From the NCBI GenBank assembly GCA_965224465.1, contig OZ245049.1, positions 4,560,001 through 4,592,000 of the forward strand: DNA of 32,000 bases, given 5' to 3'. Positions within the stretch are counted from its first letter, which is position 1; each line of letters starts with the position of its first letter. The position numbers and the translations under genes are program-made. Below, piece after piece: positions 6,450 through 17,228 of the stretch. The notes beneath the pieces were generated by a model. It had not been told where the DNA came from. It was given only the letters and a program-made list of their open reading frames with translations, and searched no databases. This DNA is from Flavobacteriaceae bacterium (GTDB lineage: Bacteria > Bacteroidota > Bacteroidia > Flavobacteriales > Flavobacteriaceae).

Positions 6450-9407
6450 ATGAAAAAAGTGAAACCAGAAACTGTTAAAACCAAAGCAGTAGATATAATC
6501 CGTATTGGATCGGACGCCTCTCTATATACAATAAAAACAGGTGGAAAAAAGAGTTTTTCAGTTAAAAATAATAGTATCAAGTCTCAGAAATGGATAAATA
6601 TTTCTATGGAATATTTAGAAGAAGCTAAAAATATAGATCCCATGGTTGTTTTCCCCAAATGGAGGAACTGGCCGAACAAAGCAGATAAAAAACCAATAAA
6701 TAAATTTGGTATAGGAAAGCAATACGCAAAAGCAAGTACCGTTACACTTACAGTTGGTCTAGATAAACAGAACGAAGGTAAGGTTTATTATATTGAACAC
6801 TTCATCGATCAACCTACTCTTATAACAGGGGATTACATAGCTATTATTGACGAGCCTAAAATTTTATCTGCTTATTTTGCACGTTATAAAGATGAATTTT
6901 TATACCCAAATGAGACTAAAGGAAGCAGTGTTTTTACCTACAAAGGAAGTGTACAACTGTATATTTTAGGGCATCTTTTGCCAAATTATACGGTTTCATT
7001 TCATAATTTTGCGCTATTTGAAATTGATATTTATGATGATCTGAACAACAAAGTAACAAAAAAACCTTTGCGGTATTTTCAAAGAACAAGAATCAATGAG
7101 TTTACGGTAAATACATTAACATCTGTTACTATCTTTATAGATGAAGCTTGGAGAGGAGAAAGTAAACAAAAAGAAAAAGTAAAAACATATCATGCTACAA
7201 TAAAAACAACTTTATACGCCAATAAAGATTCTTTTACAGGTAAAGAAGTGGACTATGTAAGAGAAGGATTAATTATTAATGATAAAGAAAATCGTAATAG
7301 CAATAATTTTACAAACAAATTTAAAAGCGTTGCTCCTAACGGAGAGGTAATTGGAGTCACTTATACAAGCGAAGATGAAATGATTAGCAATAGTGGTTAC
7401 GGGAGACATGTACAATATGGTATAGATAACGCTCGTAAATACACCAAAACTGCTTTAAAAGAGATATACGATACAAAAAATAATGGTTTTGTCCTGGAAG
7501 GGCAGCAAGTATCTTTTCAGGTAAAAGATGATACGATGGATGTGATATTAGAGAAATACGAAGCGGGAAAAAATAATATGTTGGCTGTTGTAGGTGATGT
7601 AGAATACAGCTCAAAAGAAACAGGATCTTGTAAATTCTCTAAATTACAAATAGAACATAAAAGTAGAAAGAAACCATTTGTACTTTTTGACGAAGAGAAG
7701 ACGACTCAAAAACCAATAGACCATACCAATTTAGCCTTTTCCATTATAGCAGCAACAAAGAAAGAAACGATTAAGATTACAGCCATTGGCTTAGCCATAC
7801 AAAACTATCAAGATAAAGGAGAACGAAAACCAAAATGTTATGGTATTACCACCGCAAAAAAGATAAAAGAAGGCATTCTGACGGATAAAAAAATAAAACA
7901 TAAAAGACAATTAGATTTTAAGCACAACTCCATTAAAGATGTGTTTCCTATGGAAGACGCTTATATATTATACCCAGATGCTATAAGTAATGTATCTACT
8001 GCTATTGTAGAGACAGACGGTACAGGTACAATTAATATAGAAGAACAAAACCTCGAATACACCTATCTCAAAAATGGTATAGAACTAAAGGTTGGGTATT
8101 TTTACAATAAGACTTTTGATACTTCTGTAGAAAAAATAATTGGACTAAAAATAGGAGAATGGACGAATGATTTTATTGATAAAGCTTGGATTTTAAGATA
8201 CTTTTTACTCAGAGATAATCAAGCACAAACCTATTTTATCCCTGTTGGAACTTGTAGGTACCCGAATCAAACCGTTGTCATAAAAATATATCCAGACATA
8301 AATTGGTCTATTTCATTTTCTTTTGGGAAGGTAGATCCAAAACATAAAGAAGATTGGCAAAGTGGCTTGTCCGAAAAAAAAGCAGCACTAATAAATAAGT
8401 ATAAAGAAGAAATATCCGAAACAAAAGCAGCACTAATAAATAAGTGTAAAGAAGTAATTTTTAGAAGTAAACAGCTCTCCGTAGAAGAAAAGAAAAAAAA
8501 AGAAGTATTAAAAAAAATCAACTTCTCACTTGGTATAGCCGCTGCTTATGGTACAAATAAAATTAATTTAACACCTGATTTAGGTAAAAAAATACATGAC
8601 CTAATATATGAGTTTGCCAAAGCCAAAAACTTAATTGATTCTATAAGTGGAAATTCTGTTAGTAAAGAAAAACAAAATTCATTATACAAAAATCGGATAA
8701 AAAATCTTGGTGGAAAATGGATGAAAAAACTAGACAAACTACCTGTTACCATAACAGTGTATCAACCCAGTTTTTCAGCTGGTTTTGCATGGGGTAGGAA
8801 AACATTGGAATCACAAACAAATTGCAATGCTCCTATAACATATGATGTGTTTTTAAAAGCAGATCCTTTATTTAAAATGGAAGGAAGCCTAGATTTAATT
8901 ACCTGTGCTACTTTTATGCCTGTTATTGGACAGGTAATAAAAGTAGTTGATATTGTATTAAATGTTGCTGGAATAGAGCCTGTATTGAAGCTTACTGCCA
9001 TGGGGGAAATTAAATTATCACTAATAGGTACAATAAAAGTTGACGGCGACACCAATGAGAAAAAACTAGAAACTAAAATGAGTGCAGGACTCAAAATGAC
9101 TATAGAAGCAAGTATTACTATAGGAGATGGACTGGTAGGATTTATGTTTGCTGGTGGTGATATTATTGGCACTGTGACAAAGAAGACCTATACCGCCTAT
9201 GCGGAAACAGGATTTGAATTAAACCTATCCACTGGCGTTACGGCTCATAAAGGCCCCTATGTAGGAGTGAAACTAGAATTCCTAGGTCTTATTGCTGCAG
9301 GGAAATTAGAAACAAAAATCAACAAAAAGGGAGAGGCTTCCGAAGAACCTTTTAAGTATATTATTATAGAGAAAACTACTTTTATAGATAAAACTTTTTA
9401 CTTTTAA
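6450..9407 (+). CDS. Putative T6SS effector (985 aa): unknown N-terminal ~630 aa, Lys/Glu-rich hinge, unknown beta-rich/Gly-rich C-terminal domain
   Basis: Largest ORF, last in the vgrG-DUF4280 operon, followed 4 nt later by a lipoprotein gene. Its C-terminal third (from 8356) is the segment duplicated five times downstream. The hinge holds a direct repeat aaagcagcactaataaataagt at 8379-8400 and 8414-8435 (KAALINK x2). Confidence 0.8.
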   Translation: MKKVKPETVKTKAVDIIRIGSDASLYTIKTGGKKSFSVKNNSIKSQKWINISMEYLEEAKNIDPMVVFPKWRNWPNKADKKPINKFGIGKQYAKASTVTLTVGLDKQNEGKVYYIEHFIDQPTLITGDYIAIIDEPKILSAYFARYKDEFLYPNETKGSSVFTYKGSVQLYILGHLLPNYTVSFHNFALFEIDIYDDLNNKVTKKPLRYFQRTRINEFTVNTLTSVTIFIDEAWRGESKQKEKVKTYHATIKTTLYANKDSFTGKEVDYVREGLIINDKENRNSNNFTNKFKSVAPNGEVIGVTYTSEDEMISNSGYGRHVQYGIDNARKYTKTALKEIYDTKNNGFVLEGQQVSFQVKDDTMDVILEKYEAGKNNMLAVVGDVEYSSKETGSCKFSKLQIEHKSRKKPFVLFDEEKTTQKPIDHTNLAFSIIAATKKETIKITAIGLAIQNYQDKGERKPKCYGITTAKKIKEGILTDKKIKHKRQLDFKHNSIKDVFPMEDAYILYPDAISNVSTAIVETDGTGTINIEEQNLEYTYLKNGIELKVGYFYNKTFDTSVEKIIGLKIGEWTNDFIDKAWILRYFLLRDNQAQTYFIPVGTCRYPNQTVVIKIYPDINWSISFSFGKVDPKHKEDWQSGLSEKKAALINKYKEEISETKAALINKCKEVIFRSKQLSVEEKKKKEVLKKINFSLGIAAAYGTNKINLTPDLGKKIHDLIYEFAKAKNLIDSISGNSVSKEKQNSLYKNRIKNLGGKWMKKLDKLPVTITVYQPSFSAGFAWGRKTLESQTNCNAPITYDVFLKADPLFKMEGSLDLITCATFMPVIGQVIKVVDIVLNVAGIEPVLKLTAMGEIKLSLIGTIKVDGDTNEKKLETKMSAGLKMTIEASITIGDGLVGFMFAGGDIIGTVTKKTYTAYAETGFELNLSTGVTAHKGPYVGVKLEFLGLIAAGKLETKINKKGEASEEPFKYIIIEKTTFIDKTFYF

Positions 9408-9411
9408 AATT

Positions 9412-10356
<945 letters not shown>

Positions 10357-10367
10357 TAAAAGAAAGT

Positions 10368-11270
10368 ATGAATAGAATTTTATTGATTTCGTGGGGCTGT
10401 ATTTTTTTCTGTTGTTCAGTGTATGGACAACAGAAAAAAAACATGAATACCCAAACCAGCCAACAGAACAATTACCCGTATAAAAACGACAGCCGACCTG
10501 GTTATTATTTACAAATAAATAATCAGAATTGTTATTACGAATTGAGAATTAATGATTTTAATGGGGGTAAATATTTTGATATGTACCCATCATATTCAGT
10601 ACGAATCCCCTTAAATTTACGAATATTAAAAAGTGGAAAACAAAATATTTCCCTAAAAATAGTTCCTTATAAAGGTGACACCCTGTCTCCAAAAGCCAAC
10701 CTACAAATGCGTTTGATAAAATATGCAGACATGACAGATTTAGAAAACGAATATGGAGGAAGTACCGTATTGTGGAACTGGGAAATGCCAGATATTGAGA
10801 ATCAAAAACTACCCTTATTTGTTTATGATACTGTATTTAATGCAGAGGTGCCCTATACAATTAATACACTTGACACCAAGGCAGTTGATTTATCTAAAAT
10901 AGACAAAGACATACTGCTAGAGAAAGTACTTACAGAATTTACTAGAATAAGAGCATCTGTTATTAATAAAACACAAGATAAAAAAGATTTAATAAGGGGG
11001 ATAAGACGTCCGCTTATTCAGTTATATAAGGGAGAAAAACTTAAAGACGAGGTGATTGATGGTATGATAAATCTTGGAGACGGAAAAGAACCGCAACCCT
11101 TAGAAAATTTTGAAATGCACTTGTATTATCACAATAGAATTGTAACTCTTCTAAAAAAAGTTGATAAAGAGTCTGCTATCTGGTTTGAGAATCCAGAAAC
11201 GGGAGGGACATCCTGGCAGCCTGTTTATATATACATAGATAAGGTTACTGGGAAATGGGTGCGATGGTAA
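10368..11270 (+). CDS. Family-A paralog, MNRILL leader form (300 aa from the internal ATG)
   Basis: I prefer the ATG at 10368 (MNRILLISWGCIFFCCSVYGQQKK, a signal-peptide-like start 11 nt after the previous stop) over the listed 10341 start, which overlaps the previous gene. Patch 1 is RINDFNGGKYFDMYPSYSVRIP and patch 2 is KKDLIRGIRRPL. Confidence 0.8.
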   Translation: MNRILLISWGCIFFCCSVYGQQKKNMNTQTSQQNNYPYKNDSRPGYYLQINNQNCYYELRINDFNGGKYFDMYPSYSVRIPLNLRILKSGKQNISLKIVPYKGDTLSPKANLQMRLIKYADMTDLENEYGGSTVLWNWEMPDIENQKLPLFVYDTVFNAEVPYTINTLDTKAVDLSKIDKDILLEKVLTEFTRIRASVINKTQDKKDLIRGIRRPLIQLYKGEKLKDEVIDGMINLGDGKEPQPLENFEMHLYYHNRIVTLLKKVDKESAIWFENPETGGTSWQPVYIYIDKVTGKWVRW

Positions 11271-11281
11271 TAAAAGAAAGT

Positions 11282-12184
11282 ATGAATAGAATTTTATTGA
11301 TTTCGTGGGGCTGTATTTTTTTCTGTTGTTCAGTGTATGGACAACAGAAAAAAAACATGAACACCCAAACCAGCCAACAGAACAATTACCCGTATAAAAA
11401 CGACAGCCGACCTGGTTATTATTTACAAATAAATAATCAGAATTGTTATTACGAACTGAGAATTAATGATTTTAATGGAGGTAATTATTTTGGTATGTAC
11501 CCATCATATTCAGTACGGATCCCTTTAAATTTACGAATATTAAAAAGTGGAAAACAAAGTCTTTCTTTAAAAATAGTTCCTTATAAAGGTGATACCCTGT
11601 CTCCCAAAGCCAACCTACAAATGCGTTTGATAAAATATGCAGACATGACAGATTTAGAAAACGAATATGGAGGAAGTACTGTATTGTGGAGCTGGGAAAT
11701 GCCAGATATTGAGAATCAAAAATTACCCTTATTTGTTTATGATACTGTATTTAATGCAGAAGTGCCCTATACACTTGATAGACTTGACACCAAGGCAGTT
11801 GATTTATCTAAAATAGACAAAGACATACTGCTAGAGAAAGTACTTACAGAATTTACTAGGATAAGAGCATCTATTATTAATAAAACACAAGACAAAGAAG
11901 CTTTATGTGATTTTATAGATTGTGCACTTATACAATTATACAAAGGAGAAAAACTTAAAGACGAGGTGATTGATGGTATGATAAATCTTGGAGATGGAAA
12001 AGAACCACAACCCTTAGAGAATTTTGAAATGCGCATGTATTATCACAATAGAATTGTAACTCTGGTTAGGAAAGTTAATAAAAGGTCTGCTATCTGGTTT
12101 GAGAATCCAGAAACAGGAGGGACATCCTGGCAGCCTGTTAATCTATACATAGATAAGGTTACTGGGAAATGGGTGCGATGGTAA
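11282..12184 (+). CDS. Family-A paralog, MNRILL leader form
   Basis: 914-bp tandem period. Patch 1 is RINDFNGGNYFGMYPSYSVRIP and patch 2 is CDFIDCAL. The tail reads QPVNLYID. Confidence 0.8.
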   Translation: MNRILLISWGCIFFCCSVYGQQKKNMNTQTSQQNNYPYKNDSRPGYYLQINNQNCYYELRINDFNGGNYFGMYPSYSVRIPLNLRILKSGKQSLSLKIVPYKGDTLSPKANLQMRLIKYADMTDLENEYGGSTVLWSWEMPDIENQKLPLFVYDTVFNAEVPYTLDRLDTKAVDLSKIDKDILLEKVLTEFTRIRASIINKTQDKEALCDFIDCALIQLYKGEKLKDEVIDGMINLGDGKEPQPLENFEMRMYYHNRIVTLVRKVNKRSAIWFENPETGGTSWQPVNLYIDKVTGKWVRW

Positions 12185-12195
12185 TAAAAGAAAGT

Positions 12196-13098
12196 ATGAA
12201 TAGAATTTTATTGATTTCGTGGGGCTGTATTTTTTTCTGTTGTTCAGTGTATGGACAACAGAAAAAAAACATGAACACCCAAACCAGCCAACAGAACAAT
12301 TACCCGTATAAAAACGACAGCCGACCTGGTTATTATTTACAAATAAATAATCAGAATTGTTATTACGAACTGGATACAAATGGTTTAAGTAGTGCAGAGT
12401 ATTATGGCGAATACCCTGCTTATTCAACAAGAATACCTCTAAATCTTCATATCTTAAAAAGTGGAAAACAAAGTCTTTCCTTAAAAATAGTTCCTTATAA
12501 AGGTGACACCCTGTCTCCAAAAGCCAACCTACAAATGCGTTTGATAAAATATGCAGACATGACAGATTTAGAAAACGAATATGGAGGAAGTACCGTATTG
12601 TGGAACTGGGAAATGCCAGATATTGAGAATCAAAAACTACCCTTATTTGTTTATGATACTGTATTTAGAGCAGAGATGCCCTATACAATTAATACACTTG
12701 ACACCAAGGCAGTTGATTTATCTAAAATAGACAAAGACATACTGCTAGAGAAAGTACTTACAGAATTTACTAGAATAAGAGCAACTATTATTAATAAAAC
12801 ACAAGACAAAGAAGCTTTATCTAAAGCTATAAAACGCCCACTTATACAATTATACAAAGGGAAAAAACTTAAAGACGAGGTGATTGATGGTATGATAAAT
12901 CTTGGAGATGGAAAAGAACCACAACCCTTAGAGAATTTTGAAATGCGCATGTATTATCACAATAGAATTGTAACTCTGGTTAGGAAAGTTAATAAAAGGG
13001 CTGCTATCTGGTTTGAGAATCCAGAAACGGGAGGGACATCCTGGCAGCCTGTTTATATATACATAGATAAGGTTACTGGGAAATGGGTGCGATGGTAA
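12196..13098 (+). CDS. Family-A paralog, MNRILL leader form
   Basis: 914-bp tandem period. Patch 1 is DTNGLSSAEYYGEYPAYSTRIP and patch 2 is SKAIKRPL. Confidence 0.8.
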   Translation: MNRILLISWGCIFFCCSVYGQQKKNMNTQTSQQNNYPYKNDSRPGYYLQINNQNCYYELDTNGLSSAEYYGEYPAYSTRIPLNLHILKSGKQSLSLKIVPYKGDTLSPKANLQMRLIKYADMTDLENEYGGSTVLWNWEMPDIENQKLPLFVYDTVFRAEMPYTINTLDTKAVDLSKIDKDILLEKVLTEFTRIRATIINKTQDKEALSKAIKRPLIQLYKGKKLKDEVIDGMINLGDGKEPQPLENFEMRMYYHNRIVTLVRKVNKRAAIWFENPETGGTSWQPVYIYIDKVTGKWVRW

Positions 13099-13309
13099 TA
13101 AAAAAAGTTAAAATTTGATTACCCACGGTATTTTACATAGAGTCTGATTTTTCGACGGATTTTTATTTTTCAGGAGTCACCATTTTTGTTAAATTTCAAG
13201 GAGGGAGAAAGAAAAAGGATAAACCCTCTACTTTTTCCATAATCGACGATTTAAGCACTTCTTTTGATATTTTAAAAAAGAAAGGAGAATTCAAATAAAA
13301 TAATAAAAA
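13099..13309 (+). other. Conserved ~211-214-nt A-to-B spacer, the only sizeable non-coding stretch in each unit
   Basis: Repeated at 17229-17442, 22257-22470, 27280-27490 and 30502-30713 in two allelic forms: ...gagaaagaaaaaggataaaccctctactttttcc... and ...gagaaaaaaagagggtaaagcagactctacttttcac.... It holds a 60-codon open frame without ATG (13119-13298) ending 11 nt before the family-B ATG. It could be a promoter region or a gene relic. Confidence 0.5.
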
Positions 13310-14242
13310 ATGAAAGCACAAAAACACCTCATACTAAGCATTGCAATGCTAGTACTTGTTAATTGTAAAGGACAAGAAAGTAAAAAAACAAACGATCATA
13401 AAAAATACGCAATGAATATACCAAAAAAACAATATTTCCTGAACTATGAGCTATTTATGTCTTATGAATTATATATAAATGATGTAAAATTAACCAATTA
13501 CATTCAATTGGGACCAGTATCTGGTATGGAGTATTTGAATGATTACATTCTGAATTCGGGAAAACAAACAATAACATTAATTGACCGTGATTTAAAACCT
13601 AATTCTAATATGCCAAATGATATATTTAAAAAAATAAGTTTAGCAATTTATAGTGCAGATGAAAATGATGAAAACACAAAGTTGGAAAAGAAGTTTGATT
13701 TCCCTGATATACCAACTCCAATACCATATTATTATAAAAACACATGGGAGTTTGATGCCGAAGTTCCCTACACAATAGATGGATGGAAAGATGGACAAGA
13801 TTTATCAAAAATAGATCAAAAAGAGTTGGAAAAAATGGTGGTAGCTAAATTTCAACACTTAAGAACAATTTTAAATCAAGGAAAAGTGGATCAATTTATG
13901 GAAGAAAACGCCAAAGGATATAAGGAATTTGTTATTGCCAACTATTATCAAAAAAAATGGCATGAATTTGACGAAAATATTAGAGAATTAGTAGAAGATC
14001 AAGAAGGTTTTATGCTTCCTTTAGAGGATTATAAAATGAAAGTAGTTGCAAATGGTCAATTGGTAACCTTGGAAAGAATTAACCTTCCTTATAAAGGACA
14101 AAGTGCATTATTAGCAATCGATGAAAAAGAGAATACGATATACACTGATTATATTCATTTATATATGCCAAAAGGAAAAACAAGCTTAGAGCCAATACGT
14201 CTGAATATAGAATATGAGGTTGCTGATTTTTCAAAAAAATAA
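13310..14242 (+). CDS. Family-B lipoprotein (310 aa), distant paralog of family A; putative immunity-type protein
   Basis: Leader MKAQKHLILSIAMLVLVNC (Cys19). It shares blocks with family A: FDAEVPYTIDGWKDGQDLSKIDQKELEKMV versus FNAEVPYTINTLDTKAVDLSKIDKDILLEKV, and ILNSGKQTITL versus ILKSGTQSLSL. This copy ends ...EVADFSKK. Confidence 0.85.
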   Translation: MKAQKHLILSIAMLVLVNCKGQESKKTNDHKKYAMNIPKKQYFLNYELFMSYELYINDVKLTNYIQLGPVSGMEYLNDYILNSGKQTITLIDRDLKPNSNMPNDIFKKISLAIYSADENDENTKLEKKFDFPDIPTPIPYYYKNTWEFDAEVPYTIDGWKDGQDLSKIDQKELEKMVVAKFQHLRTILNQGKVDQFMEENAKGYKEFVIANYYQKKWHEFDENIRELVEDQEGFMLPLEDYKMKVVANGQLVTLERINLPYKGQSALLAIDEKENTIYTDYIHLYMPKGKTSLEPIRLNIEYEVADFSKK

Positions 14243-14264
14243 TTTTACAACATATTAATCATCA

Positions 14265-15365
14265 ATGATAAAAGGGCTGCTATCTGGTTTAAGAATTCAA
14301 AAACGGGAGGGACATCCTGGCAGCCTGTTTATACCAAATACATTTCCAAGAGACGGTTTAGAAATGGAATTATTTTTTATATCGGTCATTTTGGATTGTA
14401 ATTGGTATCATATATACATAGATAAGGTTAAAGGGCAAAGTGGCTTGTCCGAAAAAAAAGAAGTATTAAAAAAAATCAACTTCTCACTTGGTATAGCCGC
14501 TGCTTATGGTACAAATAAAATTAATTTAACACCTGATTTAGGTAAAAAAATACATGACCTAATATATGAGTTTGCCAAAGCCAAAAACTTAATTGATTCT
14601 ATAAGTGGAAATTCTGTTAGTAAAGAAAAACAAAATTCATTATACAAAAATCGGATAAAAAATCTTGGTGGAAAATGGATGAAAAAACTAGACAAACTAC
14701 CTGTTACCATAACAGTGTATCAACCCAGTTTTTCAGCTGGTTTTGCATGGGGTAGGAAAACATTGGAATCACAAACAAATTGCAATGCTCCTATAACATA
14801 TGATGTGTTTTTAAAAGCAGATCCTTTATTTAAAATGGAAGGAAGCCTAGATTTAATTACCTGTGCTACTTTTATGCCTGTTATTGGACAGGTAATAAAA
14901 GTAGTTGATATTGTATTAAATGTTGCTGGAATAGAGCCTGTATTGAAGCTTACTGCCATGGGGGAAATTAAATTATCACTAATAGGTACAATAAAAGTTG
15001 ACGGCGACACCAATGAGAAAAAACTAGAAACTAAAATGAGTGCAGGACTCAAAATGACTATAGAAGCAAGTATTACTATAGGAGATGGACTGGTAGGATT
15101 TATGTTTGCCGGTGGTGATATTATTGGTGCTGTGACAAAAAACACCTATACCGCCTATGCGGAAACAGGATTTGAATTAAACCTATCCACTGGCGTTACG
15201 GCTCATAAAGGCCCCTATGTAGGAGTGAAACTAGAATTCCTAGGTCTTATTGCTGCAGGAAAAAAAGAAACAAAAATGGTTCAATTTGGAGGGGGGGCCG
15301 AAGAACTATTTAAGTATGTTATTATAAATAAAACTACTTTTATAGACAAAACTTTTTACTTTTAA
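14265..15365 (+). CDS. Orphan effector C-terminal cassette 1 (open 366-codon ORF)
   Basis: From 14434 onward it is near-identical to effector 8356-9407, minus an in-frame 120-nt segment. The first ~56 codons derive from boundary DNA, so a real N-terminus is doubtful. The tail patch is MVQFGGGA. Confidence 0.6.
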   Translation: MIKGLLSGLRIQKREGHPGSLFIPNTFPRDGLEMELFFISVILDCNWYHIYIDKVKGQSGLSEKKEVLKKINFSLGIAAAYGTNKINLTPDLGKKIHDLIYEFAKAKNLIDSISGNSVSKEKQNSLYKNRIKNLGGKWMKKLDKLPVTITVYQPSFSAGFAWGRKTLESQTNCNAPITYDVFLKADPLFKMEGSLDLITCATFMPVIGQVIKVVDIVLNVAGIEPVLKLTAMGEIKLSLIGTIKVDGDTNEKKLETKMSAGLKMTIEASITIGDGLVGFMFAGGDIIGAVTKNTYTAYAETGFELNLSTGVTAHKGPYVGVKLEFLGLIAAGKKETKMVQFGGGAEELFKYVIINKTTFIDKTFYF

Positions 15366-15369
15366 AATT

Positions 15370-16314
<945 letters not shown>

Positions 16315-16325
16315 TAAAAGAAAGT

Positions 16326-17228
16326 ATGAATAGAATTTTATTGATTTCGTGGGGCTGTATTTTTTTCTGTTGTTCAGTGTATGGACAACAGAAAAAAAAC
16401 ATGAATACCCAAACCAGCCAACAGAACAATTACCCGTATAAAAACGATAGCCGACCTGGTTATTATTTACAAATAAATAATCAGAATTGTTATTACGAAC
16501 TGGATATAAATGGCTTAAGCAGTACAGAGTATTATGGTGAATATCCTGCTTATTCAACAAGAATACCTCTAAATCTTCAAATATTAAAAAGTGGAACACA
16601 AAGTCTTTCCTTAAAAATAGTTCCTTATAAAGGTGATACCCTGTCTCCAAAAGCCAACCTGCAAATGCGTTTGATAAAATATGCAGACATGACAGATTTA
16701 GAAAACGAATATGGAGGAAGTACCGTATTGTGGAACTGGGAAATGCCAGATATTGAGAACCAAAAACTACCCTTATTTGTTTATGATACTGTATTTAAAG
16801 CGGAGGTGCCATATTCAATTAATACACTTGACACCAAGGCAGTTGATTTATCTAAAATAGACAAAGACATACTGCTAGAGAAAGTACTTACAGAATTTAC
16901 TAGGATTAGAGCATCTGTTATTAATAAAACACAAGACAAAGAAGCTTTATGTAATTTTATAGATTGTGCACTTATACAATTATACAAAGGAGAAAAGCTT
17001 AAAGACGAGGTGGTTGATGGTATGATAAATCTTGGAGACGGAAAAGAACCGCAACCCTTAGAGAATTTTGAAATGCGCTTGTATTATCACAATAGAATTG
17101 TAACTCTGGTTAGAAAAGTTAATAAAAGGTCTGCTATTTGGTTTGAGAATCCAGAAACGGGAGGGACATCCTGGCAGCCTGTTTATATATACATAGATAA
17201 GGTTACTGGGAAATGGGTGCGGTGGTAA
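16326..17228 (+). CDS. Family-A paralog, MNRILL leader form
   Basis: Patch 1 is DINGLSSTEYYGEYPAYSTRIP and patch 2 is CNFIDCAL. This is the same mature-region combination as the poly-Gln copy at 9412. Confidence 0.8.
   Translation: MNRILLISWGCIFFCCSVYGQQKKNMNTQTSQQNNYPYKNDSRPGYYLQINNQNCYYELDINGLSSTEYYGEYPAYSTRIPLNLQILKSGTQSLSLKIVPYKGDTLSPKANLQMRLIKYADMTDLENEYGGSTVLWNWEMPDIENQKLPLFVYDTVFKAEVPYSINTLDTKAVDLSKIDKDILLEKVLTEFTRIRASVINKTQDKEALCNFIDCALIQLYKGEKLKDEVVDGMINLGDGKEPQPLENFEMRLYYHNRIVTLVRKVNKRSAIWFENPETGGTSWQPVYIYIDKVTGKWVRW

Noticed and set aside
8762-9172. Recurrent minus-strand ORFs of 60-168 aa, e.g. 8762..9172, 14720..15145, 18852..19277, 23881..24291, 28901..29311, 16144..16650, 20258..20764 and 25281..25787
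   Set aside because: All lie entirely inside well-supported plus-strand genes. They recur only because the underlying DNA is repeated. They have low-complexity, Ser/Ile/Phe-rich composition typical of antisense frames in AT-rich coding DNA, and their starts show no gene-like context.
9318-9341. Diversity-generating retroelement as the source of the hypervariable tail patch
   Set aside because: The window has no reverse transcriptase gene and no template/variable repeat pair. The differences are not restricted to adenine-templated positions. Gene conversion or selection among duplicated copies is the simpler explanation.
9300-9407. The C-terminal ...TFIDKTFYF as an outer-membrane beta-barrel signal or a T9SS C-terminal sorting domain
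   Set aside because: The terminal Phe fits a beta-signal only loosely, because the alternating hydrophobic pattern breaks at Lys/Asp. The protein has no N-terminal signal peptide, and the vgrG/PAAR-like context argues for T6SS delivery. I do not recognise the T9SS CTD motifs.
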